A DNA stretch of 64,000 nucleotides from Camelus dromedarius (GCF_036321535.1 NC_087447.1:37326001-37390000); one strand, 5' to 3'. Positions 35,660 to 48,285 are shown, numbered from the stretch's first letter. Numbers and translations are program-made. Notes: generated from the sequence alone by a model not told the origin.

Positions 35660-36110
35660 AGCAGATACAGTCCAATCCATCAGCCACTGTCATCAGTGCT
35701 GCATCCAATCACTTTCACCACAGCCACTTCAACCACCCAGGCTGCCACCATCCCTTGCCTAGATTATTACAATAGTCTGATAACTGGTTCCTCTATTCCC
35801 ATTTCTCTCCCCTACAGTCTGTTCCCAATACATCAGCCAAAAAGATTTCATTAAAACTCTACTCAGATCATGTTATTCCTTTGCTCAAATCTCCCCAATG
35901 GCTTTCCATCTCGTTCAGAATAAACATGAAATCAATATAAAACATTTTAAGAGTAAAAACTCAAGTCAAACCCTTAGTATCTATAAAGGCCTACATAATT
36001 TGTTACCCCTACAGTTACCTCCTCACTCTCCTCTTCAGCTGCTGCTGATTCACTTTGCTTATTCTGTTCCAGTCACACTGACCCATTTGCAATGTCCTTG
36101 CACACTACGT
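35660..36110 (+). mobile_element. L2a fragment
   Basis: ccaatccatcagc...ttgcctagattattacaatagtctgataactggt...tcagatcatgttattcctttgctcaaatctccccaatggctt. Confidence 0.85.
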
Positions 36111-36255
36111 GACAGTTTTAATTTGGAAAAAAAATTCTTAAATCACCTGTGATGTTAATAAACTAGTTAAAATGAGCTTTGTTCTAACTCTAAAGTTATT
36201 TTCAACAGTTACCTTAAAAATCAAGTGAAATTTACACTAAATTTAGATTTTGAAG

Positions 36256-36940
36256 TGTTTTAGACAGAGATCTCTTAGTTACAGTGAGGCAGGAAACCCC
36301 ATAAAAAGACCAGCAGGACCCCCAATCAGGGCCACTACTCTCCTGCCAGCACCATCCAGTTCCCTGGCCCAGAGGCGCTATCTCACTTTTTACCTCTGAA
36401 AGAGCTTACTTACACCTAAAATTTTATTGGTTCCCTGAGCTCACTCCTGATTGGTTATTTCCTTCACCCCTGATTGGTTATTCCTCTCACTCCTGATTTG
36501 TCCACTTCCCTCACTTCTGATTGGTTATTTCTCTCCCTCCTAATTGGTCCATTTCTACAAAGCTTGTTCTTAATTAGTCAACTTTCCTTATACCTCATTT
36601 ACATAATGATGTTGCAAAGTGTAAACTGGCAGCCTAGTGTAAACCTACAGATGGGGTCCAGAGCTTGGAGTGTTAACTCCTCTGGGCACGCTGGGGTAAT
36701 AAACCTGAGTTCTCCAACTCTCTGAGTGCTGCTTGGTATCTCGCTGGGATCCAGGTTGCTGTCACAACTGAGCTGTAACACATTTTTCCACAACAGCAGT
36801 AACAGAAACCCATTCAAACTAGGATCTTGCAGAAAAGGAGGATCTTAGAATAGGAAGGCAGAGCCACCTCACAGAATATGAAGACACAAATGATGGATTA
36901 AACTCAGGACCCAGAGGGACACCTGGACCAAAGCAGCTGA
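36256..36940 (-). mobile_element. MLT1-type LTR end split by an ERV1 LTR
   Basis: Removing 36285-36795 restores tgttttagacagagatctcttagtt(a/g)cagtaacagaaacccattcaaactag, a typical antisense MLT1 terminus. Confidence 0.6.
36285..36795 (+). mobile_element. Solo ERV1-class LTR with tandem CCAAT-box repeats
   Basis: TG...CA termini (tgaggcagg...ccacaaca), 4-bp TSD acag/gcag, ~23-bp repeat array at 36426-36555, aataaa near 36698. Confidence 0.8.
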
Positions 36941-37459
36941 GTGTTTGTATTGGGGGTGGGCAGAGAAAATGCAAGCTAAGTACTTCTTGTCCCGTTCAGA
37001 TGTCTCGGGAATGGGAAAAGGTAGAGACTAGACATACAGGGTAAGAGTGGGCTTAGAGGAGGAGGTGGCAACCCTGAAAGAAAACGACCAGGGAGGCGGG
37101 GCTGAAAGTGAGCAGGTGACTGTGGGATGGCACTGGTGGGGACGCTGGCTTCTCACCCTCCCAGGAAATGGGCCCATTCCAGACGAAAACCAAAGACATG
37201 ATGCGTGGTAACTGGGTAAAGAAAGTGACGCAGACTTAATAGCTTGTCTCAAGTTCGAATGACACTAGGTCCTTTGTCATACCCATACTTTAAAGAAAAA
37301 AATCACTACCAGGTATACTTCCATTTTACCACCTGTTAGCCACCATCCTAAGTTCGGAAAAGACCCAGAGAAATGTAAATCCCTTCCTTTTACCAGCTTA
37401 TAATTTGATGAGAAAGGGAAAAAACACATGGGTGAATTACTTCTATATTACCAGTTAAG

Positions 37460-37660
37460 GAAATAGCTTGATGTACTGGCAAGAACATGTGATTGGAGTC
37501 AAACAGATTTGGATTTGGATCCTGGCTCTCCCCCTTGTGAAGTTTACCTTAGGTAAATTCTTTAACCCTCTAAGCTTTAGTTTCTTCAAATTAAAAAATG
37601 AGAATAATAATGGCTAGCCTTCTATGGTTGGTACATAGTAGGAATTCAGTAAATGCTGGG
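37460..37660 (+). mobile_element. MIR SINE
   Basis: ttggagtcaaacagatttggatttggatcctggctct...ctttagtttcttcaaattaaaaaatgagaataataat. Confidence 0.8.
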
Positions 37661-37715
37661 GTTTTTTTAAAAATAATGCAAGGTCATATATGACTGATTG
37701 CCCCAAAAAGGAATA

Positions 37716-37720
<5 letters not shown>

Positions 37721-37770
<50 letters not shown>
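37721..37770 (+). repeat. (GT)25 microsatellite
   Basis: Perfect run. Confidence 0.97.
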
Positions 37771-37772
<2 letters not shown>

Positions 37773-37929
37773 CCTATTGGTGGTTATAGTTCTCCGAAAA
37801 ACCCTAATATATCACCCTTGAGGGATGGGTTAGGTTTGGATAAATATGGAGGGAAGACAAGGTTAAGAGCAAGGAAAATGAATAAAAATCAATTGGGTGT
37901 TTTCATAAAACCTCACCTCTGGGTAATAT

Positions 37930-38150
37930 TAGCTAGTATTTACTGAGCATATACCATGAACCAGGCTCTGCTTTGTCTGCATTCTCTCATGTCACCATTA
38001 ACAGTTGAACGAGGTTGGTACAAATGCTATCCTCATTTTACAGGAGAAAGCTTGTCACAGAGAATTCAAGGATAAGGTAGCAAGTAGCAAGATCAGAGTT
38101 CAGACCACAGTAATCTGACTCAAGGCCTATGCCCTTAATCTCTACACACA
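37930..38150 (-). mobile_element. MIR SINE
   Basis: tatttactgagcatataccatgaaccaggc...atcctcattttacagg...tctgactcaaggcctatgcccttaa. Confidence 0.8.
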
Positions 38151-39069
38151 TCAGTGTTTGATAAAGTTGAGTGGATAAAACTGGATAAAGTTGGCATCAA
38201 CACAGGGGAGTCTCGGATGCCAGCTGAGTATGTTAGGGAATTGCAGACTTCAGGCCCAACCCCTCCTCATAGTGTTGAGTAGGAAACTAAAGTTCAGAGA
38301 TGGGAAGAGGTTGTCAGGTTTCCCTGGCCAAGTGATCAACCCAGAATTTGACCATGGATCGCCTTTCGGCTGCATCAGCTCTTTGACTTGCTTCAGGCAG
38401 ATCCCTGCCCCTGCTGGGACCTGACTATAATGTGTACCTCATCTAGGACCGGGCCTCTCCTGGGACCACTCCTCTGGGGGGTCCCTCCAGCCCAGCCTCT
38501 CCCTTGGGAAGCCAAGAGGAAAGGGCCATCGTGGCTCTTGGTCTCCCGCTAACGCCTGGTGACTGTACAATTCAACCTCCTCTCCTTCCTCTAGTTGCCT
38601 TCTCTTGCTCAGGGTCCTCTGCCTCTTTGGGACCCATTGTCCACTCTGTCTCAGTCCCAATTCCCATAGTCTCAATTTTTCCAGAAAAGGGATCCTATGA
38701 TACCAATTACAGGTCAGCTCCAAATAAAGCTCAGGGACTAGTCCTGTCCCCAGCTAGAGGTACTTTAAGTAGATGTTGTTGGGAACATGGGGTGACTCAG
38801 CATGGCCATTCTGGCTGCAGCCTGACACTGACCTCAAGGCTGAGCAAAAACCAGCTCCAGTTGCTATGACCTGGGCCTTACTGACCATTCATTCGAGCCT
38901 GGAAGCAGGCCTTGGACCCAGTGCCCCATTTCTTGTGTTGCCTTCAGTCAAGTCAAAGTGTATTTCTGGACCCACCTTGTAGGAGGCTCTTGAGTTCTGA
39001 TGATGAGGCAGAAACAGCCACTGAGTCTCTCTGGGAAAGAAACAGTGTCATATGCAAAAGCATGGAGGC

Positions 39070-39620
39070 CACTCAGTCATTCAGCAACTTTGCCTGACCA
39101 TTTACTATGCATCAGATGCTGGTGACACAACAAATAAAAAAGAGAGACAGAGTGCTTGCCCTCGTGGAGCTGAGGGAGCTAGGCCTGTCACAGACAAGCA
39201 AGCAATCGTATTCCAGCAGGCAAGTGCTATGCTAGGGGAAATAGCAGTGGCTGAGGAAACACAGCCAGAGCATTTACACTTGACCTGGACATTAGGATTC
39301 GGCTGGAGCTGTCTAAGAATGGCTCCGCGTAGCAGCACTGTCGGAGCTGAAGACTCAACAGGAGTTTACCAGGCAATAGGGAGCAGGGGTGAGCACACGT
39401 GGTGGGGAGGCTATGGGAGGAGGGGTGCGAATAATTTCCAAGCAAAGGAACCGTATGTACCAGGTATGAGATGATGAAGGGAAACCTGTGATGTGGACTG
39501 AGGGTTGTGTTGTGACGATGGAACAAAGCTTATTAGGTGAGGTGACTGATGAGGCTGGGGTGCAATCCAGGACTGGGCCATGGAGGACCTTGTAAATCAT
39601 TGCAGGGAGTCAGGTACTTA
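39070..39620 (-). mobile_element. L2 3' region
   Basis: cactcagtcattcagcaac...ctactatgc-like tail; gcttgccctcgtggagct; gatgaggctggggtgcaatccagg...ggaccttgtaaatcat. Confidence 0.75.
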
Positions 39621-40269
39621 TCGATAGTGTATCTTTAGGGAGCCACTAGAAAATTTTAATATGAAGATGTGGACGGTTTTGCAACTTAGACAAAGAAATA
39701 AGTGTGGTAACAGGAATGTGGGCGATATGCTGGGGAGCCGGGGTTGGGGGCTGACTCTGCCTGGTTTGAGGGCCAGGCCAGAAATTCATCCTTGGGACCC
39801 AAGGCCTTCCTCTGAGTGCATTTCTTCTTCTGGACCTAGAATCTGGCCCAGGCTGCCAGGTTGCCAGGCCTCCCTCGAGCCAGGCCTCCAGATCCCTGAC
39901 TGACCTTCGGGCAGCTTTCAAACCTATTACAGACCCTGGTTCCTGCCCTGCTCCCTCCCCTGCTCCCTCCTGCCCCCTCCTGCCCCTGGCAGTTGGCTTG
40001 GGCATTGCTCTAGCCTCTCCCTACTGCTCCATCTGTCCAGAGATTGCTCCCCTCTTCACCAGGTCTGGCTTCGTGCTGTGGCCCCACCAGAAAGCACATC
40101 AGGTTTCAGGCCCTTCTAAACCTGCATCATTCCCCAACAATCTGATCCCCGACTTCTGATACCACAGCTTAAACCTAGCCGTTTAAGAAGTTCACACCTT
40201 GATGGGGCATAGGAAAGATGCCTGAAAAGAGGTATCTCTCTCACTTTGTTTGCCCTCTGAGAGCTCTAG

Positions 40270-40425
40270 CTTAATAGCTTTGACCTTGAGCAAGTTGTTT
40301 AACCTTTCTGCCCTCAATTTCCTTGTCTGTAAATGGGTATAATAACAAGACCTATTTCATAGGTTTGTTGTGAAGATTCAATAGCTTAACACATGTAAAG
40401 CACTTTAAAAAATATCTGACACATA
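40270..40425 (+). mobile_element. MIR SINE
   Basis: tgaccttgagcaagttgtttaacctttctgccctcaatttccttgtctgtaaatggg...catgtaaagcacttt. Confidence 0.9.
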
Positions 40426-40719
40426 GGAAAGCTGGCCTCCACGGTGACTAAGAACAGTGCCCTCCTCCTGAATAAACTTGACTGATGTCCTATGAGGTCA
40501 TGCAGAAAGCAGGAGAGGGCAGGGGTCAGTGAATCAGGGGAAGAGAAAAGTAATGGAATTTCCCTCAAATAAACAAAACCACAAAGTGTTTCCAGAAATG
40601 AGCAAAAGTCTTAAGAGAAAATGCTTCCATAGACAGAGCAGCTGCTCAATTGTCCCGTTACTATAAGCTTCTGAATTTTGCTAACCCCCCGAGTTTCCCT
40701 CATTTTGAAGAGTGAGGGC

Positions 40720-40920
40720 AGAAGAAAAAGCACGGCCTTTGGATTCAGACCAAACTGAGTTTGAACACCAACTCTGCCATGTGCTGGCTCTGTGATCTTG
40801 GGAAGCTCACTCAAACTTTGTGAGCCTCAGTTTCTTCATCCGCAAAGTGGACACAACCCACCCACCCAGAAGTGTGGAGGTGAGGAGAGAGGAGAGAGTT
40901 TCTGTGTGGCCTGGCGTGAT
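40720..40920 (+). mobile_element. MIR SINE
   Basis: gctctgtgatcttgggaagctcactcaaactttgtgagcctcagtttcttcatc. Confidence 0.85.
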
Positions 40921-41859
40921 ATGCTCTTGAGTCAGAGGATCTTCCTTTCTCTTGGATTCACACCTACCAACACACTTAAGAGACATAACTGGCAAGCAAA
41001 AGGAAGACGGAGAGACCCTGGGGCTTGAGCAGACATGAGCTCTCAGGAGGTGAGACTTGGGAGGGACGGCCCTGAGGATACCTTCTGTTTCCTCTTAGGG
41101 GACTTTTCTCCTCTCAGGTTCTCTACTCATTCCCGGGAGTACTGGGGGCATTGTCATCTCCAGGCCAAGTCCTTTCCAGGACTGTGAGGGTCAGAGGGAT
41201 GCACAAGGAGAAAGGCAGACCTTCTACAGTGTTCACATCCTGCTGCCTCCAAGCTGGGCTGTCAGCCCAGGAGTCATTAGCAGGTGGCAGGGCAGAGCGT
41301 GGGGCCATCAGTCAGAGGAGAGTGTCTGCTGCAGTTCCTGGGATGCAATGGTGCCCTGAGGAGCCATTGGCAGTAATGATGATGGGTATTTAAGCAAATG
41401 AACTGTTAATGACCAGGCAGAGGTGAGCTGCCTCCCAGACCAGCTGGAGCCCAGATCTGGCAAAGGAGGGCAAGGCAGGAATGAGGAGAGTGGAGAAGAA
41501 AGAGATTTCATTTTCTTCTCAGAAATTGGTTTCCCTCAGGATTCTTGGTTGGTCATTGGGCAACCCCTCCTTTATCTGCCATCCCTTATCCCAGGTCCCA
41601 CCATCACTTCCATGAATTACTGCCAAGAAACTCCTGGCCACCCTGCCAGGTACACTCCACCCCCCTCACCCCACCTCCATCTTTCCAGCTCAGTCCTTCT
41701 TACCACATAGCAAAAAGGGGTCTTGTCAACAGGAAAAGAAGAGCAGGGTTGTTGGCCAGCTGGTTCAGGTCCAGCAGCTCCCCAGGGCTGGGGGCTGAGC
41801 GACTGAGGTAGATGAAAATAGTAATATTAACAACCACACCATCCACTGATAATATTACT

Positions 41860-42050
41860 GCTACGACAGTGGTGTGCAGAGTATCAGGTATGTGCCCTTA
41901 ATATCGTTAAGTTTATTACACACACAATTCTTGAAGCAGAGATTGACATTCCCATTTTACAGAAGAGAAAGCTAAGGCTCAGGGAAAGGAAATGGCTTGC
42001 TCAGAGATTAGGGAGCTAGAGACTTGGTACAAAACTCTGTTCAAGATCAG
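41860..42050 (-). mobile_element. MIR SINE
   Basis: cccattttacagaagagaaagctaaggctcaggga. Confidence 0.75.
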
Positions 42051-42369
42051 AAGAGAGAGTAAAGTAAGAGAATTTATCTTTTATCACCCAAAATACAATG
42101 CAGGAAGAGCAAAAAATACTCAAGTGAGGCCTGAGAAGACACTGTTTGTGAACAGGAGGTGGAGCCAATCAAGGCTTTGCTCCCTTCACACCCATACAGA
42201 GTTGATGGACAGGAGGTTAAGTTGCCTCAACATCCTGCAGGAGCTGCTTTTGTTCCAGCCTCTATGTCTTTACACTCTTGCTTTTGCCCCTTCCCACTGG
42301 GCCTATCCAAACCCATGTTGGCGAAAAAAATGTGTTCTCTGGTTAAAAAAAAAAGATATAAAGTTATCA

Positions 42370-42740
42370 GCTTTGTCCTGGACAGAACCTGCCACATTCT
42401 TGCTGTGTGAACTTGGGCAAATGTCTTAACTACTCTGAACCTGTTTTTGCTTTTGTAAAATGGAAAGCTATTTATTTTGTAATTATTAAGTAAATGAACA
42501 CACAGACAGAAACAACATGGGGGTCACTATGGTACAGAAGGCAGGCCACTTTTGATTTCCTGGCTCTGAGTCCAGCCAGCAGGGTGGATTTGGTCAGGTG
42601 TTAACCTCAGTGACCTTCTGTTTTCTCATCTGCGAAACTGGAGTAATTATTCCTACCCAGAAGGATCATTTCAAAGATTAGAGGTGATGTAAATAAAACA
42701 CCTGGCATACAGTCAGTCAACAAGAATAGTAACTGCAATT
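42370..42740 (+). mobile_element. Two MIR SINE fragments
   Basis: gctgtgtgaacttgggcaaatgtcttaac; ttttctcatctgcgaaactggagtaattattcctaccc...cacctggcatacag. Confidence 0.75.
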
Positions 42741-44189
42741 AATCTTTTTATCAATTAGGAGTATATGGTGCTGACCCAGTGCCTGAGTCCCACTGTTAGA
42801 AGTTCCCTTTCTCTATTTATCCTTTTCTACTCTCATCTTTGAGAAACTTCCCTTGCTCTTTCTCCAAGAAGGAGCCTACAGCACTGTGTTTTCTCCACTC
42901 AAAAGTTTGTTTCAGTCACTTTGTGATTAACTAAAGCTCTTCTTGTATTGTCCACTGATGCTTACTGTGTTGTTAGCTATCGCTCTGGAACTTCGTTAGA
43001 AGCCTGTAGTTGGCTATGCGAATTTGGACCCATAACTTTCCTTCTCTGAACTTCAGTTTCCTCATGAACAGATGGATATTTGAACCAGAGCCTGATCTTC
43101 CATCTCCAAATCATGGGATTTTTCAGGATCCTGAGCATAGCCCATACCCTCCTCCCCTGAAGTCTTTGCTCATATAATCACCTCTTCCTCAGGAGTCCTT
43201 ATCCCACCTTCAAGTCCCAGGATCAAATTGAAATGCCTCTTCTGCCATACAGTTTCCTTAATGCCCTCCAGGTAGAAATGGTTTCCCTTTTGAAATTCCA
43301 GAACCCTTGGTTCTAGCTAATGCCCCATGTGGATCTTTCTGGACTTCCCCTGGAACTGTTACCCCTCCTATGGGATCACAAGAGTGGGAGGAGTGTACCC
43401 ATGTCTCCTGCAGCACCAACACTCTAAGCCTTGCTCTCAATAAGTCCCCCTGAATCTTTGGGGCCTGTTCCAGGCACATGGAGAAACTCCAAGATGCGCT
43501 ATGCAACTCTTAACAAGGTGTGTACACATGCAGGTCATCGTTTCTGCTAAAAGGGAGACAGATTCACACATGGGGATCCCTGAGTATCACTTTCATATGG
43601 ATAGAAACCTGCACCCCATCTTTCGTTGTTCCCTGATGTCCTTCCTATTGCAAGGTTGTCTTCACTTGGTCCCATTTCTTCTGACACCTGTGCTAGGAGC
43701 CCTAGACCAGAGCAAATTCCCTGACTTCGGGAGCTGTATTTTCCTTCTGCTGTAACTGGCATCTGTTCAGGCGGATGAGTGAATATTTATTAGATCTCAG
43801 CAGGTTTCGGTCACTTTAATTGTTTTCTAGCGAAATGTGCCCATTGCTGAAACCAGACCTTGTTGGCCATTTATCAGGTCAGCTAAGTGAAAGGGGAGCT
43901 GCGTAGAGGTGGGAGTTCAGGCAGGTCCAGGAAATTTTGGCTGCAAAAAGGAGTCACACCAAAGAAAAATGAGTCCCCGGGTGGACATTTGAAACTGATG
44001 GATTAAGAGATAAGCACCGGAGTTGTGATCTCAACACACAGAGTCGCTGGACCAACCATTCTCATAATTAGATGCAAGTGGCAAGCGTTTAGTTTTTGTT
44101 TTTGTTTTTTTTTTAACTTTTAAAAGCGCATGGAGCAAAGCCATTGGAAATAGCATTTGCCATTTCCTGAAAAAGAGGTTGTGGGGAGG

Positions 44190-44640
44190 AAAGTACTATT
44201 TATTAAGTACCTGATACATACCGAGCACTAGACATAAATTGGTGGTTTCTAATTTGGGGGGGGGGTTGTTTGTTTTTTGTGTTGTTTTTATTTTGTTTGT
44301 TCACAGATAAACAGTTTTTTCACATGAACAATTCTCCAGAAGTCCAACATGCAAAAGAGATGGAAGAAAGGCTGCTTTTGTTGATGCTTGGCTGGTAGAC
44401 TTGAAGCCCACCCACTCCTTCAGTCTCTCCCCACACGAATCCCCACAAAATTAGTCCTTGAAGCCCATGAAGCCTCTTTCAAACATATTGATTGACTCAG
44501 TGCTGATGACAATTCTTCAATGATAATGTTATTTTCCTATTTTACAGATGAGTTCAGTGAGACTTAGAGAGGTGTGGCCACCTGGCTGGGAAGTGGAGAT
44601 GAGTAATGTTTAACACTCTGCTGTCCTGACTCTAGCAAGC
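44190..44640 (-). mobile_element. MIR SINE split by a hAT MITE
   Basis: tatttattaagtacctga on the left; cctattttacagatgag...tgagacttagagagg on the right. Confidence 0.65.
44240..44490. mobile_element. MER117-like hAT-Charlie MITE
   Basis: gaagtccaacatgcaaaagagatgg...gctgcttttgttgatgc...gaagcccacccactc; ends resemble cagtggttttc / ttgaaaaccactg. Confidence 0.55.
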
Positions 44641-45479
44641 CCAGTGCTCCTTCCGCACCACCAGGCCACCTCTGGCTGGAAGAGGAGAGACTGCGATCAT
44701 GGAGACCAGAGTGAGGCTGTCCCTGCAATCCCTGTGAGAGAGGCAATGGGTGAGAAAAAGAGGAGCTGATATGCATGAGACGTTGGTGAGGACAAGCAAT
44801 AGGTCAAGACCGAAGGAGGAGTAGAGAGGGGTTGCAGCAGGGACAGGACCCCATTTTGCTTTTGTCCAGATGATACTCCCTGTCTCAGAGATTCTGCCTC
44901 CCCTCACGTGAGCACTGCCCTCCTCCTTGCCTGACTGTCCCCCTGCCATCAGCACTGCCCTGTCTCTGGGTGACCCAAGCCAAAAATCTGCTGAGAAACA
45001 GTTCTCACAATCAAAGAAGGTGGCTCTGAACATTAGAGCCTCATCAAGGAAGAGGCTGATGCAGCCCTGATGGACGGCCATCCAGCAGTGAAGGTGATTT
45101 TATGTCCCCAAAATGCCAGTGTGTTTGTGAACATATTGAGTGTGATAGGACTGAGGGCCAAGACCCAGATGGAAGTGTCCAGCAGCCCAGCCAGCATGGG
45201 TGAGGGTAGGGTCTGGTGGGATGTCTTCCCCCTTGCTAGTCCTCAGTGGCAGTGCTCACCTTACTTACCATATAGCCTTGATTTCCAGCCAATGAAGTCT
45301 GCAGTGTGAGCAAGACTGGCAACAAGTAATCCAGTTCCCCAGGAAATGACCAGCATCTCATCCTATCTTTTGCCACCCCCACCACTTTTCCTCCATTCCA
45401 GAGCTTCTGGCACCCTCACAGGAGTCTCCAGAAAGAGGTAAATGAGAGCATTCATTGCATACCAATATAGCTGTGTCCT

Positions 45480-45880
45480 AATATGGAGGCCCTATGCTGA
45501 CAGACGTAGTAGGTTGACCATTCCCAACTTTTTTGCCAGCTTCCAGCCCGAAGTGGCCATATGATATAGCTCTGGATATGATTAAAAAGTGGAAGCCTGT
45601 TGTGAAACTTCTGGAAAAGCTTTTCATCTCATGACAGGGATACTCCTCCTTCCCTTTACCACTTCCTACTGGATTGCAGATGCGATGGAAGGAGTTGCAG
45701 CAGCCATACTGCAATCATGAAGGAAAGGAGAAGAGAATTGCACAGTCATCCCACATAACTGCTAACCAGCAACTGCTTGCCTCTGGATAGTTCTTTGTGT
45801 GATCAAGTTAAGTCTTTATGGGTTTAAGTCACTATAGTTAGATATTTCTGTCACTCAAAGCCAGAATTATTCCTGACATA
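45480..45880 (+). mobile_element. Old MaLR LTR (MLT1J/K/L-like)
   Basis: gtggccatatga...gatgcgatggaaggagttgcagcagccatactgcaatcatgaagg...gtttaagtcactatagttagatatttctgtcactc. Confidence 0.75.
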
Positions 45881-45889
45881 GCACATGAC

Positions 45890-46030
45890 CCTATGTGACC
45901 CTTACAATAAGCCTAGGAAGTACGTATCATTATCTCTTTTTCATACATGAGGAAATTGAAGTTGGAATAGGTTAACTACACCAAAGGTGCTCACCTTGTA
46001 AGTGGTAAAATTAAGATTTGAATTCATATC
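45890..46030 (-). mobile_element. MIR SINE
   Basis: catgaggaaattgaagttggaataggttaact...gatttgaattca. Confidence 0.65.
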
Positions 46031-46125
46031 TATTACATATAGCTTCTTACATATATACTTACATATATATTTTTTTTACATATATACATTTTTACACATA
46101 TTACATACATGCACACACATACATA
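46030..46125. repeat. TA/CA low-complexity tract
   Basis: tacatatatacttacatatatat...tacatacatgcacacacatacata. Confidence 0.75.
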
Positions 46126-46287
46126 TCCTCCTTAATCTATAGCCTAATTTCTTTTGAGCCCATGGTGATAATAATATTTTTATCTTGGGCTTCTAATGAT
46201 TTATCCTATGGCTAACATTATTTTTGGCCCACTGGATACAAGTGAAAATCATCCTGGAGAAAATGCAGATGATTTGGAACTGCCATG

Positions 46288-46340
46288 TTAAGGAAAAATA
46301 TTAAGAAAATAATATTAAGGAAAAAATATTAAGAAACAAA
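46288..46340 (+). repeat. Short ~14-bp tandem repeat (ttaagRaaaaata), ~4 copies
   Basis: ttaaggaaaaata ttaagaaaataata ttaaggaaaaaata ttaagaaacaaaa. Confidence 0.8.
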
Positions 46341-46354
46341 AAAGCCTGCATGTG

Positions 46355-46510
46355 GGAGGCAGCATGTGGAGCACAGAGAACCGTGAATCCGGAGCAGGAA
46401 GATGTAAGTCATGGTCCAGCTCTGTCTGGTGCTAACTTGTTGCAGAGGCTTTGACAAGTCCCTTCCCCAGCCTGCAACTGGGTTTCCCCACCCATAAAAT
46501 GGAATGAGTG
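46355..46510 (+). mobile_element. MIR SINE
   Basis: gggaggcagcatgtgg...acaagtcccttcccc...gtttccccacccataaaatggaatga. Confidence 0.65.
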
Positions 46511-48104
46511 TCCAGGGGATATATGCATGTGGGATTGCATGTGTGTGTATGTGTGGGGAGGTGGGGATGTAGAGAGATGTTATCTGAAGTTTAAAGTGAT
46601 TTTAATGTTGGAAATGCTATAACATATATACATATAAATAAACATTTTAAGGGACTAGATGGCCATTGGCTGGTAACCCCCACCTCAACTGGAACTACAG
46701 ACTGTTTAATGACTGATTAACTGTGAAGTGGTGGGGATGGACCCACCTCTTGGGGTGGAGGGCGGGATACACATCCATGGAAAGAGACGTCAATCAGCAG
46801 ATGGCCAGAGCCTCGGGAGTCTCTTCTCAGAGCAGCCAGGGTCCACCTCCACCATGCCGAGTCCCTTGGGATGTGACTCAGAGACTGGAGTCGGTTGTTT
46901 GTTCCTACTGCAGACAGCCTTCTCTCAGAAGCCGTATCCTCACGACCCCACCTGCCAGGGCCTAGCAGAGCAAGTATCAGTGCAGGGCATCTTTGCTATT
47001 TTCTTAGAGGCTACCTCCTCTCTTTAATATTTATCTTTGTTTTCTCCTTGCAATGTGTTCCAAAGCCCATGCTCTTTGATTAACAGAGACAAAGCCGTCA
47101 CCTCGGCCATTGGCAGGTCAGGAAACCCACCCTCCCCTAACATCGTAATCTAGGGTGGGGGGAGCGGGTTTCTGGGTCTGACCAGGGCTGCATGGACAAC
47201 CCGTTTCTTCCCCAGACCTCACTTCCATCCTCACTGAGCCGTTGCAAGAACAAGCCTCTCACAGAAGCTGTTTGATCTTGGATTACCCTTTCCTGAGATC
47301 AAGATGTTTGCTGGGATTACCCAGGATAGATTGAGATTAACATGTGGTGTTTCACTGAATAGCCTCAGGCTCTTGGCTTCCCTTCCTCACAGGAGCTGCC
47401 AAAGCAAATTCCCTCCCACACGTCTTTGGTCTGTCTGGCTTGTCTAAAGCAAAAACATAGAGGCAGAGGAGCTATTCTGGAGCGGATTGTCTCCACATTC
47501 ACAAAGGGACCTCAGAGCTCTTTTACCTAAGGTGGCCCTCAGGCGCCCCCAGCCCCCTGAGCTGAGTTTCATTCCTTCCTGTCCTAACCAAAGGCTGCCA
47601 GACAGTCATCACTTCCTCTGGCAGAGACTCTTCTAGGAGCTCCATGGCCTTTGACTTGGGCAATCCAGCACTGTTTCTTTATCCTGCAGTCAACCCATGT
47701 TCATTAAGCAAATGTATTACTTAAATACTTGCTACTCCAGGCATGGTGCTAGGCCACCAGGACCCAGTGATGCTAGAGGCAATATCGTCCCTGCCCTTGG
47801 TTTACACCAGAGAGTTTCCACATAGCCCTTTGGCTTTCTCCCTCTCTAAAGCTTCACCTGCAAATACGGAATTGTGGAGGAAAACACTACTTACTCATCC
47901 CATGAGGGGATTTACATATACACTTATCTAACATTTAATGAAATTCCATGTGACAGACTCTAGGCGACAGGCAGTTTCATATGTTCAGAGTGCTCCGTAA
48001 AGGTGTCTGGAACCGGATTGTTTGTTAACTTTATTACAGCTGTGAGAGGTATTATTTGCCATCTGCAGTTCAGATGAGGTGTGAAACCTTTCCTAGTTAT
48101 CCGC

Positions 48105-48285
48105 ACTGCCACCATTACCATTACTGTTACTACCACTACCATTAGTACTGTCATTACTGCCATCCCTGTCACTCCTACTACACCACTCCCACCATTCGCA
48201 CGTGTGTCACTATAGCTCGGTCACTACCAGCACTGTTTCTGCTACGTCCCTCCTACTACTACCACTTCTGCATCACCACTAACAG
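48105..48285. repeat. Degenerate (ACY)n trinucleotide low-complexity tract
   Basis: accattaccattactgttactaccactaccattagtact... Confidence 0.75.

Noticed and set aside
36426..36555. Regular repeats as a CRISPR array
   Set aside because: Head-to-tail units without unique spacers, inside a mammalian LTR; no cas genes.
37771..37812. MLT2-like 3' end after the GT repeat
   Set aside because: Only ~40 bp of similarity and no upstream LTR body.
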